Origin: Vulcanimicrobiota bacterium
GTDB taxonomy: Bacteria > Vulcanimicrobiota > Vulcanimicrobiia > Eremiobacterales > Eremiobacteraceae
Direction of reading: 5' to 3'
Length of the DNA stretch: 64,000 bases
Assembly (NCBI GenBank): GCA_963812135.1
Contig: CAWETU010000001.1
Coordinates: 1,120,001-1,184,000 of the forward strand
Shown: in pieces, positions 1 through 10,450 of the stretch
Numbering within the stretch: the stretch's first letter is position 1
Layout: every line of letters starts with the position of its first letter
Notes under the pieces: model-generated
Told to the model about the DNA's origin: nothing
The model's database searches: none
Seen by the model: only the letters and a program-made list of their open reading frames with translations
Position numbers and translations under genes: made by a program

Positions 1-1
1 C

Positions 2-715
2 AAGTCAGGCGTCTACCGCCTCGATTCGCAAACGCCGCTCGTCGTGCCCGAAGCCAACGCCGACGACATCGGATCACATCGCCTCGTCGCCAATCCGAAT
101 TGTTCGACGATTCCCTTGGCCGTCACGCTTGCGCCGATCGAGCGCGAATTCGGTTTAGCGTGGGTGAGCGTCGCGACATATCAGTCCGTCTCCGGGGCAG
201 GCAAAAATGCACTGGCCGAATACGAAGCGCAGACGCGCGGCGGGCACGACGTGAAATTCTTGCCGCGGCAGATCGTCGGGAACGTCGTTCCCGAGAACGG
301 CCCGTTCGACGGCTCCGGGTACGGTGAAGAAGAGCGCAAGATCGCCGCGGAGCTCAAGAAGATCCTCAGCCGAGCGGACCTGCCGGTGTCGGCGACATCG
401 GTGCGCGTGCCGGTCGCAGTCGGCCACAGCGAAGCAGTTTCATTCGCCACGAAGCGCCCAGCAACACGTGAGCAGCTCGCGGAGCTGTGGCGCGGCGCGC
501 CAAGCGTCCGCTACTACGACGGCACCGCATACGCGACACCGCTGGAGATCGCCGGTAAAGGCGACGACGTGCACATTGGCAGGTTGCGCGAAGACACCGC
601 GCACGCCGGCGCCTTCCTGTGTTGGGTCGCGTGCGACAACTTGCGGAAGGGCGCGGCGACCAACGCGGTGCAGATCGTCGAGCATGCGCTCGCCACGACG
701 AAGGTGGCAGCGTGA
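2..715 (+). CDS. asd: Aspartate-semialdehyde dehydrogenase (5' truncated by window edge)
   Basis: Motifs PLVVPEAN, ANPNCST (catalytic Cys), TYQSVSGAG, RVPV..GHSE, DNLRKGAATNAVQI; frame open from window start. Confidence 0.96.
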   Translation, partial: KSGVYRLDSQTPLVVPEANADDIGSHRLVANPNCSTIPLAVTLAPIEREFGLAWVSVATYQSVSGAGKNALAEYEAQTRGGHDVKFLPRQIVGNVVPENGPFDGSGYGEEERKIAAELKKILSRADLPVSATSVRVPVAVGHSEAVSFATKRPATREQLAELWRGAPSVRYYDGTAYATPLEIAGKGDDVHIGRLREDTAHAGAFLCWVACDNLRKGAATNAVQIVEHALATTKVAA

Positions 716-1947
716 AGAACGCTGATTTCGGCCGAATGAATTCGGCCGCTACAGGGGCCGGCGAAGTCGTCGTCATGAAGTTCGGCGGCTCGTCGCTCGC
801 GACCGAGGAATTGCGCAAGACGGCACTCGAGCGCGTGAAAGACGAGATGCGCAACGGCAAACGGCCGGTCATCGTCGTGTCGGCGATGGGCCGGCGGCCC
901 GACCCCTATGCGACCGATACGCTGCTCGGGCTCGCTTCCGCAAAAGTAGGCGCCAATCGGGATCTCCTCGCGTCGGCCGGCGAGTCGATCAGCGCGGCGG
1001 TGTTCGCGACGCTGCTCGAAAAGAACGGCATCCAAGCGCGCGCCATGACCGGACCGCAAGCGGGCATCCACACCGACAAGCGCCATGGCGAAGCGCGCAT
1101 CGTGCGCGTGGACCCGAACCCGGTGCGCTCGCGGCTCGACGCGGGCCTCACGCCGGTTGTGGCGGGCTTCCAAGGACTCTCGCCGGATGGCTCCATCACG
1201 ACGCTCGGCCGCGGCGGCAGCGATCTGACCGCGGTCGCGCTCGCGCACGCGCTCGGTAACGCCCGCTGCGAGATCTTCACCGACGTCGACGGCGTCATGA
1301 CGGCCGATCCGAAACGCGTCGAGGGCGCGCACACCGTCGACGCGCTGACCTTTGAAGAAGTCGACGAACTCGCCGCCAACGGCGCGACGATCATGCACGA
1401 CCGCGCCGCGCAGCTCGCGCGCGAAGAGCAAACGCCGTATTCGGTGCGCGGCCTGCACTCGGGATCGGGGACCGACATCGATACGGAGCGTCCGATCGCG
1501 CCCGGCAAGCCCGTCACCGGCGTCGCGACCATCACGGGCTACGCGTTCCTGCACGCCGTGCCGGAAGCCGCCGGCATGCCCGGCGGGTGGGAGCTCGACG
1601 CGCTCGGGAAGCTCAAAGACGAGCAGATCAGCATCGACTGCGTCAACATCAACCGGGCGGGGCTGTTCTTCTGCGTGCGCGGCGACGATCTGCATCGCGC
1701 GCGTTTAGCGCTCGAAAAACTCCCGGTTTCGCTGGGCTTCAGGCGCGACTGCGCCAAGATCTCAATCGTCGGCGCCGGCATGCGCGGCACCCCAGGCGTC
1801 ATGTTCGCCGTGGTGCGCGCGCTGGTCGACGCCGGCGTGCCGATCATCCACAGCACGGACTCCAACATCACGATCTCGATCCTCGTGCCGGGTGCCGACG
1901 CTCCCACCGCCGAAACCGCGTTGCACAAGCACTTCGAACTAGGGTAG
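712..1947 (+). CDS. lysC: Aspartate kinase (DapG/LysC-like, C-terminal ACT domains)
   Basis: MKFGGSSL, VVVSAMG, TTLGRGGSDLTA, TDVDGVMTADP, KISIVGAGM; GTG overlaps the asd stop (GTGA); ATG 736 is an alternative start. Confidence 0.93.
   Translation: MKNADFGRMNSAATGAGEVVVMKFGGSSLATEELRKTALERVKDEMRNGKRPVIVVSAMGRRPDPYATDTLLGLASAKVGANRDLLASAGESISAAVFATLLEKNGIQARAMTGPQAGIHTDKRHGEARIVRVDPNPVRSRLDAGLTPVVAGFQGLSPDGSITTLGRGGSDLTAVALAHALGNARCEIFTDVDGVMTADPKRVEGAHTVDALTFEEVDELAANGATIMHDRAAQLAREEQTPYSVRGLHSGSGTDIDTERPIAPGKPVTGVATITGYAFLHAVPEAAGMPGGWELDALGKLKDEQISIDCVNINRAGLFFCVRGDDLHRARLALEKLPVSLGFRRDCAKISIVGAGMRGTPGVMFAVVRALVDAGVPIIHSTDSNITISILVPGADAPTAETALHKHFELG
729..752 (-). repeat. GTAG-type REP-like palindrome inside the lysC 5' end
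   Basis: Reverse complement GTAGCGGCCGAATTCATTCGGCCG; differs from the copy at 43285-43308 only by one compensatory base-pair change. Confidence 0.8.
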
Positions 1948-1953
1948 GTGGAT

Positions 1954-2850
1954 ATGGCTCGCTTTGGGCCCGTCGTCACCGCGATGATCACGCCGATGAA
2001 AGATGACGGCGCAGTCGACTTCGCCGAAGCACGGCGGCTCGCCGGCTGGTTGAGCGAACACGGCAGCACAGGGCTCGTGCTCGCCGGCACGACCGGCGAA
2101 GCGCCGACGCTCACCGACGCCGAGAAGACCAAGCTCTTCGGCGAAATCGTCGCAGAAGTGGGCGGCCGCACCAAAGTCATCGCCAACACCGGCACCAACG
2201 ACACGCATCATTCGATCGAGCTGAGCAAGCGGGCGCAGGCATCGGGCGTCGACGCGCTGCTGCTCGTCGGCCCATACTACAACAAACCGCCGCAAGCGGG
2301 GCTCATCGAGCATTTCACCGCGATCGCGGATGCTGCTGACGTCCCCATCATGATCTACAACATCCCGGGGCGCACCGCGGTGAACATCCTGCCTGAGACG
2401 ATCGCGACGCTGGCCGATCATCCGCGCATCAACGGCGTGAAAGAATCCAGCGGCGACCTCATGCAGATCGCCGAACTGATCGCCAAGGTGCCCAAGGACT
2501 TCGACGTCTATTCGGGCGACGATCACCTGACGTTGCCGATCATGGCGATCGGCGGTTGCGGCATCGTCAGCGTGGCGAGTCACGTCGCCGGCGACGACAT
2601 CGCTGACATGTGCGATTCATTCGCGAGCGGCGACATGCCGCGTGCCGCTCAGCTGCATCAAAATCTGCTGCCTCTCATCAAGGCGCTGTTCGCGGTGACT
2701 AGTCCGATCCCGGTGAAGGCGGCTATGCAGCGTTTTGGGTTTATGACCGGCCGGTGCCGCCCACCGCTGTGCGAGCTGACGCCGGAACAGGAGCACGCGC
2801 TCGATCACGCGTTGCAACCGTGGCGCGCTCGAGTGCACTCAGCCGTATGA
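1954..2850 (+). CDS. dapA: 4-hydroxy-tetrahydrodipicolinate synthase
   Basis: TAMITP, GTTGE, PYYNKP, YNIPGRT, GVKES (Schiff-base Lys), YSGDD; alternative GTG start at 1948. Confidence 0.95.
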   Translation: MARFGPVVTAMITPMKDDGAVDFAEARRLAGWLSEHGSTGLVLAGTTGEAPTLTDAEKTKLFGEIVAEVGGRTKVIANTGTNDTHHSIELSKRAQASGVDALLLVGPYYNKPPQAGLIEHFTAIADAADVPIMIYNIPGRTAVNILPETIATLADHPRINGVKESSGDLMQIAELIAKVPKDFDVYSGDDHLTLPIMAIGGCGIVSVASHVAGDDIADMCDSFASGDMPRAAQLHQNLLPLIKALFAVTSPIPVKAAMQRFGFMTGRCRPPLCELTPEQEHALDHALQPWRARVHSAV

Positions 2851-3635
2851 GCACGCCCGGGCTCCAGAGCCCGGGACCCAGCCCGTCCGCGCAGGTTCCA
2901 ATCGCGTCCGAATCCGTCTTGATCCTCGGCTGCCGCGTCGATCGCGTCGACGCGACGGGCGCGCAAACGCGGATCGCCGGCTACCTCGGCCGAGGCACGC
3001 CCGCGCATGTCGTGACCCTTGGCGCCGAGATGGCCAATCTCGCGTACGGCGACGAGCGTTATCGCGGCGTGATCAACGCGGCTGATCTCGTCGTGCCCGA
3101 CACCATCGGCATCGTGCTCGCATCGCGATGGCTTCGTGCGCCGCTGCCCGAGCGCGTCGCGGGCATCGATCTGCTCGAGCGCGTATGCGCCGATGCGGCC
3201 ACGCAAGGACACTCGGTCTATCTGCTCGGCGGAGTGGAGGGAGCCGCTGCAGCGGCGGCCGCCTCGCTCGCACAGCGCCACCCTGGTCTGCGCATCGCCG
3301 GCACGGAGCATGGCTACTTCGACGAAGCGCAAAACGCGGCGGTAATCGAACGCATCCGTTCGTCCGGCGCGCGCCTCGTCTTCGTCGGTCTGGGGTTTCC
3401 GCGCCAAGAGTTCTGGATCCACGACAACCTCGCGCGCCTCGGACCCGTTGTCTGCATCGGCGTCGGCGGATCATTCGATGTCTTATCCGGCCGGTTGCCG
3501 CGGGCGCCGTTGGCCGTCAGGCGCGCCGGGCTCGAATGGCTCTATCGACTCGCACGCGAACCGCGCCGGTTCCGCCGCCAGCTCGCGTTGCCGCTGTTCG
3601 CGGCGCGTGCGCTGCGTCAGTCTTTGCGCGGCTGA
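2847..3635 (+). CDS. WecB/TagA/CpsF family glycosyltransferase
   Basis: ERVAGIDL, HGYF, VGLGFPRQE, GVGGSFDV, GLEWLYRL..EPRR; ATGA overlap with the dapA stop. Confidence 0.92.
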   Translation: MSTPGLQSPGPSPSAQVPIASESVLILGCRVDRVDATGAQTRIAGYLGRGTPAHVVTLGAEMANLAYGDERYRGVINAADLVVPDTIGIVLASRWLRAPLPERVAGIDLLERVCADAATQGHSVYLLGGVEGAAAAAAASLAQRHPGLRIAGTEHGYFDEAQNAAVIERIRSSGARLVFVGLGFPRQEFWIHDNLARLGPVVCIGVGGSFDVLSGRLPRAPLAVRRAGLEWLYRLAREPRRFRRQLALPLFAARALRQSLRG

Positions 3636-3671
3636 GTAGGCGCAGCGCACGGCCGAGTCAAATAGCGGCGG

Positions 3672-6332
3672 ATGAGCCGCTTGCGTTTACCGGCTATTGG
3701 TTTTCTGTTGGCCATCCTATTGGCCGGCCTAGCGCAACGCGGTAGCGCCGACACAGGCGACGCGGTGACCGCGACGCTGGATAACGGCCTGCGCGTCGTC
3801 ATCGTACGCGACGCGCTCGCACCCGTCGTCACGACCGAAATGAGCTACCTCGTCGGGTCGGTCGACGAACCCGATGGCGCGCCCGGCCTCGCGCACGCCC
3901 AAGAGCACATGATGTTCCGTGACAGCAACGGCTTGACCGGCGATCAGATCGCGGTCATCAGCAGCGCGATGGGCGGCAAGATCAACGGCGACACGCAACA
4001 GACGGTGACGCAGTTCATCTTCACGGTCCCGTCGGAAGACGTCGACGTCGCGCTGCACGTCGAGGCGATGCGCATGCGTGGGGCGCTCGACCCAGACGAT
4101 CAATGGAACGCCGAGCGCGGTGCGATCGAACAAGAAGTCGCGATGCGCCGTTCAAGCGCGCTGTATCGCGCGCGCGCCGAAGCGCTGGCCAAAGTGTTCG
4201 AAGGGACTCCCTATGCGCACGACGCGCTCGGCACCGCAAGCTCGTTCGAGAACATCAACGGTCTGTCGCTGCGCACCTTCTACTCATTGTGGTATGCGCC
4301 GAACAACGCGATCCTCGTGATTACCGGCGATGTCGATCCGGCAAAGACCCTCGCGCAAGTGCATCAGCTGTTCGACCCGGTTCCGAAAGTCTCGCTGCCG
4401 CGCCACGGCGATTTCCGTTTGAGCCCGCTCGTCGCGTCGACGGTGACCGAGCCGAGCGATCTGCCGTTCTCGATGGCGTTCGTCGCATATCGGCTGCCCG
4501 GCGTCGAGGACAAAGATTATGCCGCCGGTCAGATCCTCGGCGACGCGCTCGCCAGCCGGCGCGCCGAGTTCGCTCAGCTCGAGCCGCGCGGCAAGGCGCT
4601 GACCGCGAGCTTCATCTACGAACCGCTGCCCAAGGCCAGTCTCGGGGTGGCGTTCGCGGCGATCGGCCCGAACGGGGATCTCAAAGCGACGGCCGATACG
4701 CTCCAGACCCTCGGCGACACGTATGCCCGCGACGGCGTGCCGGCCGAACTGGTGGACGCGGCGAAACGTCATGAGGTCTTGGACGCGCAATCCGCACGCA
4801 GCTCTATTCCCGGCCTCGCGCAAGTGTGGTCGCAAGCGCTCGCGGTCGAAGGCCGCAACTCGCCGGACGAGGACGCGATGGCGCTGCAAGCGGTCACCGT
4901 CGCCGACGTCAACCGCGTCGCCAAACAGTATCTCAATCGCACGAGCGCGGTCGTCGCCATGTTGCAGCGCGCCCAAGACGCCCAGCCGATGTCCGGTCAA
5001 GAAGGCGGCGGTCTGGCAGAATCGTTCTCGCGCACTCCAGGCGCGCGCGTCGCGATACCGTCGTGGGCGCAAAAGGTGCTCTCGTCGCTGACGCCGGGCG
5101 TGTCGTCCATCGATCCTCACGACGAACGGCTGCCGAACGGCGTGCGGCTCATCGTGCAGCGCGAATCCTCCGGCCCGATGGTCTACATCGTCGGTCAGGT
5201 GAAGACGAATGAGAGCCTTGAGGCGCCGCCCGGCAAAGAGGGCGTCTCGATGCTGCTTGATGAGATGTTCTCGAACGGCACCACGTCGATGGATGAGGTC
5301 GCGTTTCTCAAAGCGCTCGATGACGCGTCGGCCACGCTCGACAGCGGCGGCACCTTCTCCATGCAGCTGCCGGTGACGACGTTTGACCAAGGCATGGCGC
5401 TGCTGGCCGACTCGCTCGAACATCCTGCGTTGTCCGATCGCGCGTTCCAGCGCTTGCACAACGAGCTCATCGCCGTGTTCGGACCATATCTGCAGCGCCG
5501 CGGCCTCAACGGCCAGCAGATCCTCATGCAACATCTCTATCCTGCCGGCGACGCGATGCAACGTGTGCCGACGATGCAGTCGCTGGCCAGCATCACCGCC
5601 GCCGACGTCCACAGCTACTATCGCAAAGCGTTTAGGCCGGATGAGACGACGATCGTCGTAGTCGGCGACATCGCGCCTGAGACCGCGCGCGCGTCCGTCG
5701 ACAAATGGTTCGGCGGTTGGCGAGCGGACGGACCGAAGCCGCGCGTGGATGCCCCGCCCGTTCCCCCGAACAAGGGATTTCGCGGCGTGTACTACTCGAA
5801 TTCGCTGCAAGACCAGGTGCTTGAAGAAGAGACGATCGGGTTGAACCGTTCCAGCGGCGACTACTATCCGTTGGAGGTGGGCAACCAGGTGTTCGGGCGC
5901 GTGAGCTTCACCGCGCGTCTCTTCCAAGACTTGCGCGTCGACCGTGGACTCGTCTACTACGTCGACGGCGAACCGGTCTACAACGGTTCGCGCGCGACGT
6001 ATCGGCTGCGCTACGCGTGCGATCCATCGAACCTCGCCGCGAGCGAGGAGGTCGTGCGGCACGACATCGAGCTGATGCAGACCACGCTCGTCGGCCAGCA
6101 GGAGCTACGCGAAGCAAAAGCGCTGCTGGAGCGGGAGATTCCGCTCGCCGAGGCGTCGGAAGAAGACATCGCCGCCGCGCTCACGGCGCGCGCGATCGAC
6201 GGCGTCGCGTTGGACGAGCCGAGCCAGGCCGCGCAACGCTATCTGCGCGTGACTCCCGAAGACATCCGCGCGGCGTTCGCCAAGTGGCTGTCCGCCGATC
6301 GCATGGTCGAGCTGGTCAGGGCGCCGCGGTGA
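3672..6332 (+). CDS. Secreted M16 family zinc metallopeptidase (two-half, PqqL-like)
   Basis: Signal peptide; inverted zinc motif HAQEH; two L(D/P)NG starts; WYAPNNA and FRPDETTIVVVGD repeats. Confidence 0.9.
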   Translation: MSRLRLPAIGFLLAILLAGLAQRGSADTGDAVTATLDNGLRVVIVRDALAPVVTTEMSYLVGSVDEPDGAPGLAHAQEHMMFRDSNGLTGDQIAVISSAMGGKINGDTQQTVTQFIFTVPSEDVDVALHVEAMRMRGALDPDDQWNAERGAIEQEVAMRRSSALYRARAEALAKVFEGTPYAHDALGTASSFENINGLSLRTFYSLWYAPNNAILVITGDVDPAKTLAQVHQLFDPVPKVSLPRHGDFRLSPLVASTVTEPSDLPFSMAFVAYRLPGVEDKDYAAGQILGDALASRRAEFAQLEPRGKALTASFIYEPLPKASLGVAFAAIGPNGDLKATADTLQTLGDTYARDGVPAELVDAAKRHEVLDAQSARSSIPGLAQVWSQALAVEGRNSPDEDAMALQAVTVADVNRVAKQYLNRTSAVVAMLQRAQDAQPMSGQEGGGLAESFSRTPGARVAIPSWAQKVLSSLTPGVSSIDPHDERLPNGVRLIVQRESSGPMVYIVGQVKTNESLEAPPGKEGVSMLLDEMFSNGTTSMDEVAFLKALDDASATLDSGGTFSMQLPVTTFDQGMALLADSLEHPALSDRAFQRLHNELIAVFGPYLQRRGLNGQQILMQHLYPAGDAMQRVPTMQSLASITAADVHSYYRKAFRPDETTIVVVGDIAPETARASVDKWFGGWRADGPKPRVDAPPVPPNKGFRGVYYSNSLQDQVLEEETIGLNRSSGDYYPLEVGNQVFGRVSFTARLFQDLRVDRGLVYYVDGEPVYNGSRATYRLRYACDPSNLAASEEVVRHDIELMQTTLVGQQELREAKALLEREIPLAEASEEDIAAALTARAIDGVALDEPSQAAQRYLRVTPEDIRAAFAKWLSADRMVELVRAPR

Positions 6333-6336
6333 TCGC

Positions 6337-7323
6337 ATGCGAGGCATGATCCTGGCCGGCGGGCTGTCGACGCGACTGTACCCGCTGACCCTCAAGCTTC
6401 CCAAACCGCTGGTGCCTGTGCTCGATCGGCCGGTCGTCGCGCACGTGCTCGACTACCTGCGCCGCTTCGACGTGGACGACATCGCCATCAACATCCATTA
6501 TTTCTCGGACGCGGTGCGCCAGTTCGTCGGCGACGGCTCCGCGTGGGGCGCACAGGTCACGTATTTGCACGAGACCGAGCTCATGGGCAGCGCCGGCGCG
6601 GTCAAACAGCTCGCGGCGCGGTTCACCGAGACGTTCGCCGTGATCGGGTGCGACGACGTCACGACGCTTGATCTGCGCGCCGCGCTCGACTTCCACCGCG
6701 TGCGCAACGCCACCGCGACGATCGTGCTGGCGCGCGCCACGGATGTCAGCCAATACGGCGTCGTCGTCACTGACGACGATGGCCGCATCCGCAGCTTCCA
6801 AGAAAAGCCCGCGCCGGGCACCGAGCTAAGCAAGCTCGTGAACACCGGCGTCTACATCTTCGAACCGAGCGTGCTCGAGCACATCCCGGCGAACACGTTC
6901 TACGACTTCGGCAAACAGGTGTTTCCGCATCTGCTGCGCTCGCAAGAGCGTTTCTTCGGCATGGTCCAAGACGCGTACTGGTGCGACGTCGGCACGCCGG
7001 CAGAGTATCGCCGCGTGCATCGCGATGCGCTTGAGGGGCGGGTCAAGCTCACGCCGAGCGAAGGCGCGACGGTGAAGGACGGCGTGTTGATCGGGCACGG
7101 CGCGCGGGTCGATCCGAACGCGAACATCATCGCGCCGTCGTGCATCGGTCACGACGTGGCGATCGATGCCGGGGCGGTGGTCGACCGATCGATCGTGTGG
7201 AGCGGCGCCAAGATCGGTGCGGGAGCGCGCATCACGGACGCGGTGATCGGCAACGGCGTCAGCATCGAGCCCCGCGCGATTGTCGATGGCGGCGAACACG
7301 CGGCCGCGACACTGACCCGCTGA
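6337..7323 (+). CDS. Sugar-phosphate nucleotidyltransferase (mannose-1-P guanylyltransferase-like) with C-terminal hexapeptide repeats
   Basis: ILAGGLSTRLYPLT..PKPL, FQEKP, NTGVYIF, YWCDVGT. Confidence 0.88.
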   Translation: MRGMILAGGLSTRLYPLTLKLPKPLVPVLDRPVVAHVLDYLRRFDVDDIAINIHYFSDAVRQFVGDGSAWGAQVTYLHETELMGSAGAVKQLAARFTETFAVIGCDDVTTLDLRAALDFHRVRNATATIVLARATDVSQYGVVVTDDDGRIRSFQEKPAPGTELSKLVNTGVYIFEPSVLEHIPANTFYDFGKQVFPHLLRSQERFFGMVQDAYWCDVGTPAEYRRVHRDALEGRVKLTPSEGATVKDGVLIGHGARVDPNANIIAPSCIGHDVAIDAGAVVDRSIVWSGAKIGAGARITDAVIGNGVSIEPRAIVDGGEHAAATLTR

Positions 7324-8063
7324 TGCGGCGTCGCGCAGTCGGTCCCGCGCTCTTGAGCGCGGGCATCGGCGCACTCTTGTTCCTTGGGGTTGCGCCGGCG
7401 CGCGCCGAGACGACGATCGGCGTGCAACTCTTGGTGGTCAACGGCAAGCACAGCGAGATCAGCGGCAGCGTGCCCCTTTCCGGCGTTGCGCCGTTGCTTG
7501 AATTGCGCCAGCGCTGGCGCTGGATCGATCTGACGGTCGAGGGGCTACCGGCGGTCGGCGGCCAGGGCTATCTCGTCGTGCCCAGCGGCTACGTGCACCC
7601 ACTTACCAACGTCAGCATCTTCACGGCACTGACGCACGTGAGCATCGGCAAGACCGGCCGCTATTGGGTGGGCGGCGGCATCACGGTGCTCAACCAGATC
7701 ACATCGCTTGGGTCGCCGCCGCTCGCGGCGGCTTCGCGGGTCACCGGTGGACGCTACGAAGCACTCGCATTCTTGCCGTTGGGCGCGCACGGCGAGGTCG
7801 ATCTGCGGGCTGCGTACATGCCGGCGCTGCACGGCAACATCAGCTACCAGACCGGCTATTTCGCGCCGCTGCCGCCCGACAGCGAGACGGCTGAAGCGAC
7901 CGACCTCACGGCAGAGTATCTGCTGCACGTACATTCGGTCGCGCTCGGGCTTGGCGCGCGATCGATCAACTATGGAGCACATTTCGTCATGCCAGCCACG
8001 CTGGCAGATCGCAACACATCCTTCGGCCCGATCGTCGAAGCGCGCTTCAGGATCGCGAAGTGA
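7323..8063 (+). CDS. Hypothetical exported protein, probable small outer-membrane beta-barrel
   Basis: Signal peptide ending ARA; amphipathic beta-strand pattern; final strand GPIVEARFRI; TGATG overlap with upstream gene. Confidence 0.6.
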   Translation: MRRRAVGPALLSAGIGALLFLGVAPARAETTIGVQLLVVNGKHSEISGSVPLSGVAPLLELRQRWRWIDLTVEGLPAVGGQGYLVVPSGYVHPLTNVSIFTALTHVSIGKTGRYWVGGGITVLNQITSLGSPPLAAASRVTGGRYEALAFLPLGAHGEVDLRAAYMPALHGNISYQTGYFAPLPPDSETAEATDLTAEYLLHVHSVALGLGARSINYGAHFVMPATLADRNTSFGPIVEARFRIAK

Positions 8064-8064
8064 T

Positions 8065-9549
8065 CTACAGCCCCAGCGAGCGTTCGAGTCGAGCGCGATC
8101 GGCGCGCAGCGTCGCTGCGAGCTCGTGTTGCACGATCTTGCCGTGCTCGAGCACGTAGACGCGGTCAGCGACCGCGAGCGCGAGATCGACGTTCTGCTCG
8201 GCGAGCAACACCGTCTGACGGTCGTCGCGCAAAGCGACGATCGCTCGCCGTAACTCCTCGACGAGCGCCGGGCTCAGGCCTTCGCTCGGTTCGTCCATCA
8301 TGAGCAGCACCGGATTGCGAGCGAGCGCCCGTCCGATGGCGACCATTTGCTGCTCCCCGCCGGAAAGCGTTTCGCTGCGCTCGCGATAGCGGCGCGCGAG
8401 TTGCGGGAACAGCTGCATCACACGTTCGCGACTCCAGGGTCCGAGTCGCGCGCCCAGACTAAGCTCCTCGGCGACGCTCAGGCCTGCTAGCATGCGACGT
8501 CCCTGCGGAACCAACGCGATGCCGGCGCGCGCGCGCGCCAGCGTCGCAGAGGCGGAGAGATCGACGGCGCCCAGCTCGATGCGACCCGATCGCAGCGGAA
8601 CGAAGCCCATCAGCGTGTTAAGCAGCGTGCTCTTGCCCATCCCATTTCGTCCGAGCACCGCTACGACTTCGCCGCCCGCGACTTCCAGGCTGATGCCATC
8701 GAGCACCAAACCGGCGCCGTAACCGGACGAGACGTCGGACGCGACCAACAGCGGGGTCGCAGTAGCCGAGAGCGGCGGGATCGCGCGTTCGTCGGCGGTT
8801 TCGCGCGCTCGACCGCTCCCGACGTAGACGGCCTGCACGTCTTTGTTCTCGCGCACCTCACGCGGCGTTCCCTCGGCGAGCACGCGCCCTTGATCGAGCA
8901 CCGTCATCCGGTGCGCGAAGGATTGCGCGAAGTCGAGATCGTGTTCGATGAGCAGCACGGTGATGTTCGGCGGAAGCGCGAGCAAAAGCGCCCCGATGCG
9001 CTCACGTTCTGCGCCCGCCAAGCCGGCGAGCGGTTCGTCGAGCAGCAGCAGCGTCGGCCGCTGCACCAAGGCGCACGCGATCTCCAGCTGGCGCAGCTCG
9101 CCGTGCGACAGCATCATCGCGGTCTCCAGTATCTTGCCGGCAAGCCCGACGGTGGCTAGCGCGTCGCGCGCGGCGGCTTCGGTGTCCGCAATCGCATCGA
9201 GCGGTTGCACGATGTTCCATGCGTGTCCGGTGGTCTGCAGCGCGCATGCCCTGAGGTTGTCGAGTAGGCTGAGTTCGGGCAACACGTTGCCGGTCTGGAA
9301 CGTGCGCGCCACACCCAGACGCGCGATGCGCTCCGGCGGCATGCCGGTCGTGCGGCGTTGCGCGATCTCCACGTGACCGCGCGTCGGCGCGAGCTCCCCG
9401 CCGATGACGGCGAAGAGCGTGCTCTTGCCGGCGCCGTTCGGGCCGATGATAGCGCGGTGTTCGGCGCGCTCCACGCGCAGGCTCACGCCGTCGAGCGCGA
9501 GGACGCCGCCGAAGCGCTTGGTCACCGATTCGACGAGCAGCTCAGGCAT
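8065..9549 (-). CDS. Branched-chain amino acid-type ABC ATPase, fused LivG+LivF domains
   Basis: Two Walker A motifs (GPNGAGKS, GRNGMGKS), signatures LSHGE and LSGGEQQ, two DEP Walker B motifs. Confidence 0.9.
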   Translation of the reverse strand: MPELLVESVTKRFGGVLALDGVSLRVERAEHRAIIGPNGAGKSTLFAVIGGELAPTRGHVEIAQRRTTGMPPERIARLGVARTFQTGNVLPELSLLDNLRACALQTTGHAWNIVQPLDAIADTEAAARDALATVGLAGKILETAMMLSHGELRQLEIACALVQRPTLLLLDEPLAGLAGAERERIGALLLALPPNITVLLIEHDLDFAQSFAHRMTVLDQGRVLAEGTPREVRENKDVQAVYVGSGRARETADERAIPPLSATATPLLVASDVSSGYGAGLVLDGISLEVAGGEVVAVLGRNGMGKSTLLNTLMGFVPLRSGRIELGAVDLSASATLARARAGIALVPQGRRMLAGLSVAEELSLGARLGPWSRERVMQLFPQLARRYRERSETLSGGEQQMVAIGRALARNPVLLMMDEPSEGLSPALVEELRRAIVALRDDRQTVLLAEQNVDLALAVADRVYVLEHGKIVQHELAATLRADRARLERSLGL

Positions 9550-10450
9550 TGCGCGTCACCAAGCTCCAAAGGCCGCGGCGCGTGAACAGGACGATCGCGA
9601 TGAGCACCGCGCCGATGGCGAACATCTCCCACTTGTCGGTCTTGGAGCTGATCCACGCCTGCAGCAGCACGAAGACGGTCGCGCCGATCACACCGCCCCA
9701 GAGGCTGCGCACTCCGCCGAGCAGCACCATGACGAGCAAGACGACCGAGTTGGTCCAGTCGACGTCGGCGAGGCTGACGAAGTTGCGGTGGTGGGCGTGC
9801 AGCACGCCGGCCAGCCCGGTGATGCCGCCGGCGAGCACGAACGCCCAATACTTGTACCAAAACGCGGAGAGGCCCGACGCGCGAGCGCGCGTCTCGTTCT
9901 CGCGCACCGCTTCCAGCGCTAACCCGGCAGGCGAGCGCAACAGGCGTTGGAGCATGACGATCACGACGAGCAGCAGGCCGGCGGCAAGCAGATAGAACGC
10001 CGTGTCGCTCATCGGAAGCTTCGTCAGGGTCAAGCCGTCGCTGCCGCCTGACACCGCGTGCCATTTGTCGGCCGTCGCCCACACGAGCTGCGCAAACGCC
10101 AGCGTTATCATAAGGAAGAAGATGCCGGCGCTGCGCAGGGTCAGCGGCGCGGTGACCGCCGCGAACACCGCGGCCAGCGCAAAACCGGCCGCGAGCGTGA
10201 GCGCGATGTTCGGTCCGGCGTGCGAGCTCACAATAGCCGCCGCGTAGGCTCCGAGACCGAAGAACGCGGCTTGGCCGAGCGACACCAGACCAGCGTATCC
10301 GACGAGCAGATCGAGGGCCACCGCCGCGATCGCGTAGAGCACGACTTCGGTCGCGAGGTATAGGGCGTAGCCATGCAGCAGCGCCGGGGCGAGCGCCGCC
10401 AGCACGACGAGTGCGACGATGACAACCCGACGCGCGATCGGGCTAGCCAC
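9542..10450 (-). CDS. livM: ABC permease, LivM-like
   Basis: GYAGLVSLGQAAFFGLGAY, ITLAFAQ, AVRENE, MVLLGG. Confidence 0.88.
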   Translation of the reverse strand: MASPIARRVVIVALVVLAALAPALLHGYALYLATEVVLYAIAAVALDLLVGYAGLVSLGQAAFFGLGAYAAAIVSSHAGPNIALTLAAGFALAAVFAAVTAPLTLRSAGIFFLMITLAFAQLVWATADKWHAVSGGSDGLTLTKLPMSDTAFYLLAAGLLLVVIVMLQRLLRSPAGLALEAVRENETRARASGLSAFWYKYWAFVLAGGITGLAGVLHAHHRNFVSLADVDWTNSVVLLVMVLLGGVRSLWGGVIGATVFVLLQAWISSKTDKWEMFAIGAVLIAIVLFTRRGLWSLVTRNA

